Shown: positions 21,283-31,855 of the stretch, one piece after another
How positions within the stretch are numbered: the stretch's first letter is position 1
Layout of the letters: every line of letters begins with the position of its first letter
From: Psammoneis japonica
Lineage: Eukaryota
DNA: 34,084 bases
Assembly: GCA_008632985.1 (NCBI GenBank)
Contig: QPGO01000180.1
Span: 1-34,084, forward strand
Direction: 5' to 3'
Notes under the pieces: model-generated
What the model was told of the DNA's origin: nothing
What the model saw: the letters and a program-made list of their open reading frames with translations, nothing else
The model's database searches: none
Translations under genes and position numbers: made by a program

Positions 21283-24209
21283 ATGGAAAATACGTCAGCG
21301 TCAACTTGGGTTACAGTTTCGAGCATTCCCTGGGAAGGAATACACAGTACTTCTGCTGCGTTTCATGTTGTTCCGTTGAGTGTCTTGGCGTCGGTATGGA
21401 TCGTTGTGATTTCTGCGTATCATTGGCAGAAATCTAGAAAAAGACAAACCGACGAAATGGAGCTTGACCAAGCCACTGCAGCTGCTTTGGATCGAAAGAG
21501 TGACTTTCTTTCCCGTGCGGGAGACGCTTATGGTTATTCGTCTTCGCCTTGTGGCCACATTGATTCGTGGAGGAAAAAGGAACACCCCAGCTTGATCGGC
21601 GCACTCAATGCAAACCAGACAACGAATAATTTCGATGACAGCAGCGAAGTCTATATAGATTATGCTGGAGCTTCCTTGCCAACACAATCCCACCTCAAGA
21701 ACATTTGGAAGGTATCCCAGACACAGATCTTGGCAAATCCTCATTCAACGGGACCAGCAGCTAATCGAACAAAACTACTTATCGAGAAGGCCAAGAAGGT
21801 GGTGATGGATCATTTTGATTGTCATCCAGGTAGGAACTACGGGTTAAAGGCAAATGATGGGACCTCTGATACACATCCCGGCTATGAGGTTATATTCACA
21901 TCGGGTACCACAGAGTCGCTTCGAATCGTAGCTGAACGTTTTCCGTGGTCTCGCTGCGACACGTGCTCGACCAAGTCAGTCTTTGTATATCCTCGAAGCT
22001 CCCATACTTCTGTGGTTGGTATACGAGGGCCTGCTCTTGCTAATGGTGCTACCTTTCTCTGTAAATCCGCTGCGTCGATAGCTGAGTCCAATACTGAGAC
22101 GTTTCGTGATTGGGTCATGTGTAGCAACAACACAGCAAGATTGAAATGTGACAGCTGCGCTTGTTCAGGCAAGATAGTGCATCACCTCTTGGCCGTTCCT
22201 GCCGAGTGCAACTTTGGAGGAACGCGTCTGGACGTCAGATCAATTGTGTCAAAGGCGAGGGCTGCATGTGGACCTGACCATCACTGCCTCACGCTGGTTG
22301 ACGTCGCAAAAGCATCCAGTACTGGGCCTGTGCATTTGCGAGATCTGACCCTGATTTTGCATGCGTGTCGTTTACAAAATGTTGGCGAACCAACTGGCCT
22401 TGGGGCTCTCTTTGTGAAGAGGACTGCAATCGATATCATCATGGGACAAGAAGCTGTTCCAGATGCAGTCGGCGACGCAGAAAAAGGACGCGAGCTGTCA
22501 ATGAACGCCCACCACGATACTTTGGAGGCGGTTCAGTTGATTCTATGCTTCCAATGATTGACTTTGTTGTACCACGATCTGAGCCATCATTGCTACACTC
22601 GCTTGTAAATGGTACCGTTCATTTTCGCGGCATTGCAAGTCTACCTTATGGATTCAAAGAATTAGAGCGTCTGGGTGGCATGCCAAAGGTACGTTCCCCT
22701 CATTTGCTTGGTAACATGATGCAGTGCAGGGGTTCACATTTCTTCACTCTATTTACAGATTTTCGAACACTCGACATCTCTTTCAGCGGAACTTGCAAGG
22801 CGCTTATCGAACCTGAAACACAGAAACGGAAATGCAGCAATCCAGCTTTACGGCGCATGGTCCGACCAGCCCAACAAGACAAGTTATGAACGCCCGGGCC
22901 CTACCGTCACGTTTAATGTCCTTCGCTCGGACGGTTCCTTTGTTGGGTACAATGAAGTGTCAAAGCTGGCTGCAATCAACAAGCCGCCAATTCAGCTGCG
23001 CACCGGGTGTTTCTGTAATCCAGGCGCCTGTCAAGAAGCTCTTGATATCAGCGACAAGCAAGTTCTTGATAACTACTTTACTGCAGGGCACGTCTGTGGT
23101 GATCAGATTGATCTTGTGAACGAAAAGCCAACCGGGGCAGTACGTGCGAGCTTTGGAAAGGATAGCATATGGGAGGATATGGACGCCCTGGTACTGTTTC
23201 TTGAGAAAATGTTTGTCAACGGTCATGAAACACTGTCGGGGCTTCCTAGGCCCACCGTTGGTACAGAATGCGGTCCTGAGACCCTCCCGTCTAAGATGAT
23301 GCTCTCTGAATTGTACATATTCCCGATCAAAAGTTGTGCTGCGCAACGTGTGGCGGAGTGGAAATGACTCGATGCGGTCGTTTGGCGTTTGACAGAGAGT
23401 TTGCCCTAGTTGACTCGTTGGGTCACGCCATGCGGTTACAGGCGTATCCAAAAATGGGGCTCCTTTCACCATCTATTGATCCTTTACACAAGACACTGAC
23501 CGTCTCTGCTCCAGGTTGTGAAGACCTTATCCTGAAACTTGACACCAACTCCAGCGATTGTGATGAAAGCGATTCGAACGGGTGCCTTCGCGATGCCGTA
23601 GTCAAGGTCTGCGGAAACCGATGCGGTGGAAGACTATGGGGTGATGCGTCTGTCTCGGAGTGGTTCAGCTCCTTTCTTGGTGTTCAGTGCTGGTTGGCTA
23701 GGCATTCCAATGGGCACTACATTGTTCCTGAGGACGCTGCTGCACCGTCACCCTACCTCCCGCGCCACCGAGATTTGGGGTTTGCCAATGAGCAACCGCT
23801 GCTATTGATATCTGATCATGCTGTAGGTGCTCTGAATGACATTCTACAATCCCAGGGCCAACGGCTCGTGAGTACTCGTCACTTCCGACCGAATTTTGTA
23901 GTCAAGTCGCCTAGTGGAGGAAAAGGGTTCGAGGGTACGAATCCAGAAGATGATTGGTCACAGCTCTTGTTGCACGACAAGCAAGTCAAACTGAATATGG
24001 TGGGTCATTGTGCTCGGTGCTCCATGGTCGATGTGGATCCAACCAGTGGCATGAAGGGTAAGACGTTGCGAGCCTTGGCAGACTATCGACGTCGAAACGG
24101 ACAGATTACGTTTGGAATATTCCTCCGCGGCGATCAAGACGAAACACACGACGCCGAAACGCAAGCTGAAATTTTTTTGAAAGAAGGAGACATTTTCGAT
24201 TGTTTATAG
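21283..24209 (+). CDS. MOCOS: Molybdenum cofactor sulfurase (NifS-like PLP domain plus MOSC domains); several apparent 1-nt frameshifts
   Basis: VYIDYAGASLP, ANPHS, VIFTSGTT, ECNFGG, GEPTGLGALFVK, YFGGGSV, QLRTGCFCNPGACQ, LYIFPIKSC, DREFALV, FANEQPLLLI, FRPNFVV and CARCSMVDVDP motifs. GT-AG intron 22689-22758. Confidence 0.93.
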
Positions 24210-24251
24210 ACATTGATGGATCCACTCTTTCAATTACTTGCGCGGTGTCGC

Positions 24252-25119
24252 TCAGAAGGCTCCCGGTATGGGAGGTCGCGGAGGAGGTGCGCCGGTGCCT
24301 GGCGTGTCGTCGTCTATGCAACGCTGTTCCTCCTCCAAAACTGTAAGAGTCATCCAAGCAACCCGCAAGCTTTGAGAAGCAATGGCCTTTTCCATTGGAA
24401 CATCATCAAGGTTTGAAGGAAAGCTATTCGCGTGCTCTTGTAGTAATGCTTCCAATGGAAAGACATCGCCTCGTTCTTTGGTCGCGACGAGCTGTGGCAG
24501 CATTGGGCTGTATGTATTGCGCACCCCTTCATCAAGCTCCATCTTCTTTTCAGCGTTATTGGTATATTCTAAAACCAGATAGACAACATTCATCCATGAT
24601 CTTCGGAGTCGAAGTTCTTCTTCCATCAAATCTCGTCCTGCAGACTGAACGGGGCAAGCAATTACTCTCTCGTCAAGCTCCGAAATTTCAATGTCCATGT
24701 TGAAAGCTGCTTGCACAGCAACAATAAACAGCTTCAAAACATCAATGTAACTATGACAAGCGAAATTAAAGGTGTACCGCTGTAAGAATGTCGGAACAAA
24801 GTCGAACCTTGAATACAAGCGCGACTAGTAGGCCTTACCCCGTTGAAAGTTGAAGGCACGCATTGACAAAAGCCACCTCTATCATCTCTGCCACTTTTTC
24901 CGGAGTAAGTTCTTCCTTCTCTTTCTCAGTTTTCCCAGTGGATGCCGGTATTCTAGTGGATGATGGTAGCAATCCATATTGAACTTCCCCCAGAATTCTA
25001 TTTGCTTTTGCAGGAACAACGCTTCGTGATGTGATGTGGGGGCAAAACGCCAACAGTAGTTGTTCGGTAGAATTGGCGAAAACACAGAACAAAATTAGAG
25101 AAATTTGTAAACGATTCAT
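24252..25119 (-). CDS. Hypothetical protein with signal peptide, possibly plastid-targeted
   Basis: Two ORF pieces join in frame through GT-AG intron 24751-24838 (LSTG/YIDVLKLF). N-terminus MNRLQISLILFCVFA...LLAF. Confidence 0.7.
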
Positions 25120-25405
25120 GCTGTTTAAGTCAGGTTTTTGAATAAGGGCGACTCGTGTCGGTGTAGATATGTGTGGATATGGTGCCCAAACTGTCGAGCG
25201 ACGGCACCAAGCGCCATTGTGCACACATGCTGAATGCATTCTGCGCCTCGACATTTCCAACTTTTCAACACGTCATCGTGGGTGACGGCCAGGCACAACG
25301 CAGCGCTGGAGACGCGACGCGGACGACGGCGGACGGCGAGGTCGCAGAGCAAAAAAATTTGACGAAGAGGCAAAAAAGAAATAACAGCGGCAGCGAAGGT
25401 GAACC

Positions 25406-26119
25406 ATGATGACCGAGGAGGAAACAAATGCGCCGCAAATACTGCTTCCTGATCCATTGAGTGCATCGGATCTCTTATTTTCGAATGCCCCTGAAAAGAA
25501 TTTGTACTGGGATCGATCTCACTATGATTCCCCGGAAACGCAAAAGCAAGCCCTGGCGAAAAGCAAGACGTTGTACGTTGGTAACTTGGCCTTTTCCACG
25601 CGATCACAACACGTGGTGGCACTGTTCTCCATGGTGGGACCGGTGGTAAAGGTACATATGGGACTTGATCGGTTCAGAAAGACTCCGTGTGGGTTTTGTT
25701 TCGTGGAATACAAGGAGAGAAGGCATGCTTTGGAAGCAGTGGCGTCGCTCAGTGAATGCTTGTTGGACGGCCGTGCTATTCGAGCAGAGTTGGATGCTGG
25801 CTTTTTTCCTGGACGCCAGTACGGACGTGGAGCATCAGGTGGACAGGTTCGTGATGAACGAAGAAAGATGGCCGATCCAGCACGTGCGGCAGCAGGAAAG
25901 AGACCCGCAGGCAGCGATTCTAACTTTTATGGACGCCAGCAACAGCCACGGGGAGGAGGAGATAGGCGGCGCCAAAGTAGTGATGACTCTAGTTCTTATT
26001 ATGGGAGGCAACAACCAAGACCGTATCCAGGAGCTGGGGACAAGCGAGATCGGGACGAAGATGACACGATGGATCGCGCTTCGAAGAACCCGAGGTTCCG
26101 AGAAGACGAAGACAACTGA
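25406..26119 (+). CDS. NCBP2: Nuclear cap-binding protein subunit 2 (CBP20)
   Basis: RRM KSKTLYVGNLAFST, MGLDRFRKTPCGFCFVEY and GRQYGRGASGGQVRDE. Confidence 0.95.
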   Translation: MMTEEETNAPQILLPDPLSASDLLFSNAPEKNLYWDRSHYDSPETQKQALAKSKTLYVGNLAFSTRSQHVVALFSMVGPVVKVHMGLDRFRKTPCGFCFVEYKERRHALEAVASLSECLLDGRAIRAELDAGFFPGRQYGRGASGGQVRDERRKMADPARAAAGKRPAGSDSNFYGRQQQPRGGGDRRRQSSDDSSSYYGRQQPRPYPGAGDKRDRDEDDTMDRASKNPRFREDEDN

Positions 26120-26652
26120 AGTGGCTCGATGGCAATATTGCAGCTACCTCTTAACAACTATAATGAAAAATTACTTAAATGATTCATGGAAGAATGAACC
26201 AGATCATGCCTGGAACATGCAGGTTGGAGCCCCAATGCGCATGTACTAGCCTTGAGAAGTACCGTATGTTCCAAAGACCACGTAGGTCTCTTCTAAAAAC
26301 TAAAAAGGTCTTTACACTCATTTCATTGTATACCGGTCGAGGGCTGTGTATCGTGCTCTGTTCGCTGTGGATTAAGAGCTTTAGAAGTGCGAGAAAGCTG
26401 ATTTGGGAAGTTCAGTGTGTGTTGGAGTGTGTGTGTCTGAAATGTCGTGTTGAATTCTGGTGTCACGTAGATTTTGTACCAGAATCTACACACCAGCGTT
26501 GTGCTCCTCGTTCGTAGTTTGCATGCAGCAACGAACCTCATTTCAACAGAACAAAGCTTGCAACCACAAGAACTAGCATCAGTTATGGCCCTACTGACGT
26601 TCTAAAAAGCTCTCTCCATCTCTCGCCGTCAAAACCTTTTCAAATAAGCAAC

Positions 26653-27744
26653 ATGTCTCTCTTGGATTTAGTGCTCCGCCTCAAATGGTCTAGCATCGCC
26701 GAGCGAAGCACAACGCACCCACACGAGATTTCACAACAAGATGCCGACGGCATGACCGTGCTTCATTGGGCGTGCTGCAACGACCCTCCTGTGCACACGA
26801 TACGGGTATTGCTATGTCAAAATCAACGAATTTCTCCATGTGCGGCCATGTTGAGAGATGTCAATGGCATGACACCGCTTCAGAATGCGTGTGCTTGCCG
26901 TGCGTCTCCAGAGGTGATTTCTGCCATGATTAAAGCAGTCCCCGAGTCCGTGCCTATAACCGATAATGAAGGATGGACGGCCTTGCACTACATCTGTTGT
27001 AATGCTCTTAATCTTGGATTATCATATTCAATCGACGTTACCCGAGAGCTGTTGTCTGCCGATGCCACCAGTGTACTCAAAGAGGACGAGCACGGACGAA
27101 CGCCGCTGTTTTTGCTGTGCCACATGATTGAGGAGGAACTCCAGCCGTGTATTATGCAAGCTGAACGACGTCGACACTTGGCGAGACGTGACTCAAATAT
27201 TGAATTGGATGAGATTTATTGTCCGTTGGCTAAGGACATGCCCTCGATCGCGAATCAATTCTGGGAACTAGCATCCATGATGGTCATGAGATCCGCTAGC
27301 TCCGCCCGAAGACTGGCATCACGAATGCACTGCATTGCTTCCTTATCAGATTGTCCACCAATCCTGAGACAAGTATCACTGACGTATTGTTCTCGACTAC
27401 TTCGACAACAAGATGATGAAGGAAATACATCTCTGCATATAGCCGCTGAAAGAATCGGTGAGCCATCTTCGTGTACCTTGTTGAGCGAAATGGCCTTTAT
27501 CGACCCAGATGCATCCAAGATTCGGAACAATCGTGGTGATTGCCCATTCACAATAGTTCTTCGGACCAACAGTGGCTGGACCAATGCACACACGCAGCTC
27601 TTGCGTGCCCACCCAGAGGCGCTAGAATCATCCGCTCACCTCAAAGAGAAGTTCTACCCGCATGTTTTGGCAAGAACGACCACGTCTCCCTCAACCATCT
27701 TTCAACTGCTCCAGATCAAACCGAGTCTCATACCAAAGTCATAA
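26653..27744 (+). CDS. Ankyrin-repeat protein
   Basis: Repeated DADGMTVLHWAC, DVNGMTPLQNAC, DNEGWTALHYIC, DEHGRTPLFLLC and DDEGNTSLHIAA. Confidence 0.88.
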   Translation: MSLLDLVLRLKWSSIAERSTTHPHEISQQDADGMTVLHWACCNDPPVHTIRVLLCQNQRISPCAAMLRDVNGMTPLQNACACRASPEVISAMIKAVPESVPITDNEGWTALHYICCNALNLGLSYSIDVTRELLSADATSVLKEDEHGRTPLFLLCHMIEEELQPCIMQAERRRHLARRDSNIELDEIYCPLAKDMPSIANQFWELASMMVMRSASSARRLASRMHCIASLSDCPPILRQVSLTYCSRLLRQQDDEGNTSLHIAAERIGEPSSCTLLSEMAFIDPDASKIRNNRGDCPFTIVLRTNSGWTNAHTQLLRAHPEALESSAHLKEKFYPHVLARTTTSPSTIFQLLQIKPSLIPKS

Positions 27745-27813
27745 AATGAAACTATGTATATTATGAACCCTGTGTGTCTCGTATCGTCACTTCCCCTTGA
27801 TTTCGCAACATAC

Positions 27814-28281
27814 TCATGTGTTTCCAGAAACGGCATCTCGTAGTAAATTCTTCTCCGGTGGTTTCTTAGATTTGGAGGGACTGGATCTGCGAGTAGGTGT
27901 CGACGACGCCACATCCACGTTCTTTTCTTTACCGATACTTTGTTCTACTACTTCTTTCGAGGTCTCGGAAGCTTGCAATTTTCGAGCTAAATCAGTTGGT
28001 GATTTCACATCTGGAGCATCGTCAGCAAAAAGTCTCCGCGGTGACAACGAAGAATCATCCGAAAAAGCAGAATTCTTGGCCGCAGAAGGGCTCTCAAATT
28101 CATCTACGACCTCGACTCTTTGTTTTGTTGGTTCGCTTAGCGCAATGTCATGAGGCTCATATTCCTCGGCGGATCGATAATGTCGAGGACGAACTTTTCG
28201 CTTCACAGGAGCCCCCGGGCATTGAAGCTTCTCACTTGACAGTATTGAATCTCGAGGTGGCGACTCAGCCATGACAGACAT
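27814..28281 (-). CDS. Hypothetical Ser/Pro-rich, probably disordered protein
   Basis: 155-aa ORF with many SP/TP sites and plausible protein composition. No domain recognised. Confidence 0.55.
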   Translation of the reverse strand: MSVMAESPPRDSILSSEKLQCPGAPVKRKVRPRHYRSAEEYEPHDIALSEPTKQRVEVVDEFESPSAAKNSAFSDDSSLSPRRLFADDAPDVKSPTDLARKLQASETSKEVVEQSIGKEKNVDVASSTPTRRSSPSKSKKPPEKNLLRDAVSGNT

Positions 28282-29087
28282 GTCTGGAGCGCAGTCAAGC
28301 AGTCAGTCGACAGAAAAGATACTCGCAAATCTCCTATGTAAGATACTTTAGAAAACAGACGTGGTTTGCCACACAAAGCCGACTGTGCTTTCTTGTTTCT
28401 TGGATATGTGGGCTTTTCTTACCGACTTGTTTTCAGAGTTGTTATTCTTCAACGAGAGCGCAACTACAAATCTCAAGACGACTCAACGTCGTAGGTATCG
28501 TTCCTCTCAAATAAAATCTTGAATCCCACAAGAACGACAGCGACGGCGACGTCGGCCATTGGCGATCGGCTTCGACATAAAACTTCAACCTTTTTCGTGA
28601 GAACTTGAACACACAGTGCGCGCGTGTGCGCGACGAGCGGTCGAATGTGAATTGGCTTAAAACGCGCAACGGCAACCTAGTAGGCCTACTGTAGCCCTGC
28701 TGCACCGGTACGGCACTGGGTACCACATCGGTGCTCTTTTAAGAGTAGAGAGGCTATTAGAGTACTAGTTACCTACCACTAGTAGCAGACATCTCCTCCC
28801 AACCTTGGGAGTGTCATAGAAGATGTCTTGAAACTGGGGGGCTCTAGCTGGAGCAGTGGGTGCCGGCAGAGAGTCTTGAACAGGAGAAGAGTTGCCACAA
28901 AAGTTCGCAGTGCCAACTGCATCCGCCTTCTGTTCTGCTTGAAGACGCGTCGGGAATGAAACCGAGACAGTCCACCTCAAAAAATTCAAAGTCTACAGGG
29001 TTGACCCAGCTAAACTGCTTTGCGACTGCTTCTGCCAAACTTCCAAAAGAAAGATCGTGTCAGGCCTTGACGCCACAAGCTTCTCTG

Positions 29088-30278
29088 TTAAAACTTGCGA
29101 ACCTGTTCTTTGGAAAAGCCGAGTTCCTTCAGGACGCCACCAACTTCGCCTTGCTTGTAGTCTTTGGTTTTTGGTCCAGCCACGGCCGCCGTCATGCCGG
29201 GGCGTCCACAAACACACACCATGACTTTGCCTTCATGATCTGTCGGCTTGGGCAAAAGCTTTCGCAAGAGTTCTAGATTAGGAGTGGCTTCGAACTCGAA
29301 CGTCAAATCCTTAAAAAATTCCTTATTCGCGTGCTCCACAAATGGCTTGTGCACCAAACGACCACGATACTTCAACATGAGCTGCATCAACGTCGACCCC
29401 AATAGGAGATCTTCTTGGGTCTTGTTGAAGGTATACAACGAGACCTTGGCGTCCTTATCATTCTCCAAGATGAATTCAGTAGCCTGATAAATGGGAGTGA
29501 TGCCTGTTCCACCAGCAATCATGACGTATTCCTTAATCTTACCGGGTTCTGGGATAGTCCACTGCTTGTTGGGTCCCTTGACCTCAACCACATCTCCCTC
29601 TTTGAGACTGCGCAGCTTGGAACCCATTTTTGCGGATTCGCCGTAGCGCTTGACGAGCAGAGTTACCCGATTTCCAGAGGTAGCCGAGAGCGGATTGTAT
29701 GGCCTGGCCACCATCGAGGACTCGCCCTCAGCACCACTGGTAGCTGGTGCCTCCACCTTGGTACAGGAGCAAGTCCCATCACACTTGCAGCAGGAGCAAC
29801 ATCCGTTCGCGTTCTTGCGACAAGTGCATGTTCCAGGATCACACTTACAACACGAACAGCATCCAGTATTGACTGCTGCTGCTGCTTTCGTCGGTGCCAC
29901 CTGTTTGGGGCAATCGCAAGTTCCCTTACAGCTGCAGCAAGCACAGCATCCCGTTTCTGTCTTGGGGCAGCTGCAAGATCCAGGCGGACATTTGCAGCAA
30001 GCACAGCATCCACTTTCTTCACTTTGTACTCCCGAAACTTCAGCTCGAACCAAAACGTTTGCTACAGCGCCTTTTTCGTTCCAGTTGGATGGCAACTGCA
30101 AAGTAATCAGACGAGTGTCATGTGTATGTCGAACAGCGCCGATGCATTTTGCTTCCTGAAAGGTTGGCTTTTCGCATTTTGTGCAAACACTGCTGTCGCT
30201 GTTCAAACTCCACGAAGATGCCACAACTAGAGGGAGTGAGCGAACCGCTACGGAACGAGCAAACTGAGAGCTTGCCAT
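29088..30278 (-). CDS. NADH-cytochrome b5 reductase-like flavoprotein with internal Cys-rich repeat insertion
   Basis: HTHDTRLITLQLP, RPYNP (RxY flavin motif), LLVKRY...KMGS, VEVKGP, MIAGGTGITPIYQ, VCVCGRPGM and GEVGGVLKELGFSKEQVRKF. N-terminus resembles a mitochondrial presequence. Confidence 0.92.
   Translation of the reverse strand: MASSQFARSVAVRSLPLVVASSWSLNSDSSVCTKCEKPTFQEAKCIGAVRHTHDTRLITLQLPSNWNEKGAVANVLVRAEVSGVQSEESGCCACCKCPPGSCSCPKTETGCCACCSCKGTCDCPKQVAPTKAAAAVNTGCCSCCKCDPGTCTCRKNANGCCSCCKCDGTCSCTKVEAPATSGAEGESSMVARPYNPLSATSGNRVTLLVKRYGESAKMGSKLRSLKEGDVVEVKGPNKQWTIPEPGKIKEYVMIAGGTGITPIYQATEFILENDKDAKVSLYTFNKTQEDLLLGSTLMQLMLKYRGRLVHKPFVEHANKEFFKDLTFEFEATPNLELLRKLLPKPTDHEGKVMVCVCGRPGMTAAVAGPKTKDYKQGEVGGVLKELGFSKEQVRKF
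29763..30011 (-). repeat. Four in-frame GCCxCCxC-x(1-2)-GxCxC repeats (28 Cys)
   Basis: GCCACCKCPPGSCSC, GCCACCSCKGTCDC, GCCSCCKCDPGTCTC and GCCSCCKCDGTCSC. Confidence 0.95.
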
Positions 30279-30426
30279 TGTCTGCGAAGGATATGTTTTG
30301 TCTGCGAAGTGTCAGCGATGAGGCGATAACCGATAACTAAGATCCATCTTTATTCTGCCTTGTACGTTTGACCATAGATACTCGTTGAAATGGTGACCAT
30401 CCGTAACCCATCTTTGTTGCTTTTTC

Positions 30427-31134
30427 ATGGCTGTGCGTGCGAGGTGCGTCACTGCCACGTCATCGGCTCGTGGATGGCTACATAGGCTGGCTGAAGGAAT
30501 GAATTCGAGCATGAGAGGCCATGGCCATAGGATCGTCGTCGCGTCGTCTGTGGTATTCACCGTTGCTATATACCTCTGTTGCTACCAAACACTAGTTGTG
30601 CCAATGCTTCTAAAGTCGTTATTACCGTCCGTCACAAAGCGTCATACGGAACGCAAGCTGTTACAGACAGATCCGCGACATTTGTACCGCATCATTCAGG
30701 ATGTAGATTCCTACCAAGACTTCTTGCCGCTTTGCAGCAGCTCCAAAATTCTGAGACGGTCCAACTGCGGAAATTACTTTGATGCAACTCTGACGGTTGG
30801 AATGCCATCCGTCTTTACGGAAACATACACGTCTCGAGTATCTCTTGTCGAGAAACCGAGTTTTCTCTCTGTCGAAACGACAAGCATTCAAAGCTCGCTG
30901 TTTGATTCACTTCGCAGTAAATGGGTCTTGCGAGACGTCAGCCAAAGCAACGAGGCTGACGACGCATTCTGTGATGTAGACTTTGAAGTGGAAATGACCG
31001 TCAGTGATCCGGTTGTAGCAAGTGTTTTGGATAAGGTGTTGCGCGAAGTGGCGGGTCGCCAAGTGGAGGCCTTTGAAATGAGATGTCAACAGTTGTCTAG
31101 CAAACAGAGCAGGGGCAAGCTGATGAGTCAATGA
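30427..31134 (+). CDS. COQ10-like START/polyketide-cyclase domain protein (start uncertain; 30604 is an alternative)
   Basis: LYRIIQDVDSYQDFLPLCSSS, ATLTVG, ETYTSRV, LFDSLRSKW, CDVDFEVEM and VEAFEMRC. Confidence 0.85.
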   Translation: MAVRARCVTATSSARGWLHRLAEGMNSSMRGHGHRIVVASSVVFTVAIYLCCYQTLVVPMLLKSLLPSVTKRHTERKLLQTDPRHLYRIIQDVDSYQDFLPLCSSSKILRRSNCGNYFDATLTVGMPSVFTETYTSRVSLVEKPSFLSVETTSIQSSLFDSLRSKWVLRDVSQSNEADDAFCDVDFEVEMTVSDPVVASVLDKVLREVAGRQVEAFEMRCQQLSSKQSRGKLMSQ

Positions 31135-31650
31135 TGTTGCAGTGCTGAGGACTTTTTTCCAAAGTATTCTTAGTACTGAGGAAGATAGTATCGCAGCAAT
31201 ATGGTGCGTCTTGGGGGTCGAGACCCCGTCCACATAATATTAGCAGGAAATCGTGTGCCTGGTGACAGTTGAGGAGGCAAAGACCTCCTCTGTGGCGGTA
31301 GTAAGATTGTATGCAGGTGAGGTTAGGTGCCGACAAATCGACCCACATGCATAGAATCGAAACTATGAAGAATTGTATGGGGTATGATTGGTATCAGAGC
31401 TTTGTTGCAGTAAAGAGAATCTTTTTGGTCTTTCTTTCTTTCTCTGGACACTTCCTGCTTCCTGACCTTATAAGAGGGGAGAAAATGATAATCTATGTGA
31501 AATCTCTTTTTTGCTGCTGAAGAGGGACAGATGCGAGTACAGGCAGCGGGCATATCTAGCTAAGACACGGCTAGAATCAAATTTTTGATCATATACTTTC
31601 GTCTTTTAGGCAGAGGCACGATGCAATTTTACTGTTTCTGTTTTGTTATT

Positions 31651-31855
31651 AAGATAATCACAAGTAAACTGGCGAAGCTTGGGATCGATGAAACGCGACA
31701 CGTGTTCGAGGCTGTCATGCATCGCAGCGGGATTAAGCAATATAAGACAATCACAAGCAAACTACTTTGCTTTCCGTTTTGACGGGCAAAGGCGAAGCCT
31801 CGAATCAATAAAACGAGACACGTTTTCGACGCTTTCATTCATCGCATCGGGGTTC
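31651..31855. repeat. Degenerate duplication of the 3' end of the FIST gene
   Basis: 31671-31735 (GGCGAAGCTTGGGATCGATGAAACGCGACACG...) resembles 31791-31855 (GGCGAAGCCTCGAATCAATAAAACGAGACACG...). 31651-31670 resembles 31743-31762. Confidence 0.7.

Noticed and set aside
29415..30230. Long antisense ORFs over the b5 reductase (and similar ones over other genes)
   Set aside because: They are shadows of the real coding strand with no independent motifs.
21283..30278. MOCOS (MOSC domain) and cytochrome b5 reductase as a mARC-like functional cluster
   Set aside because: They are separated by unrelated genes, and proximity in a compact eukaryotic genome is weak evidence.
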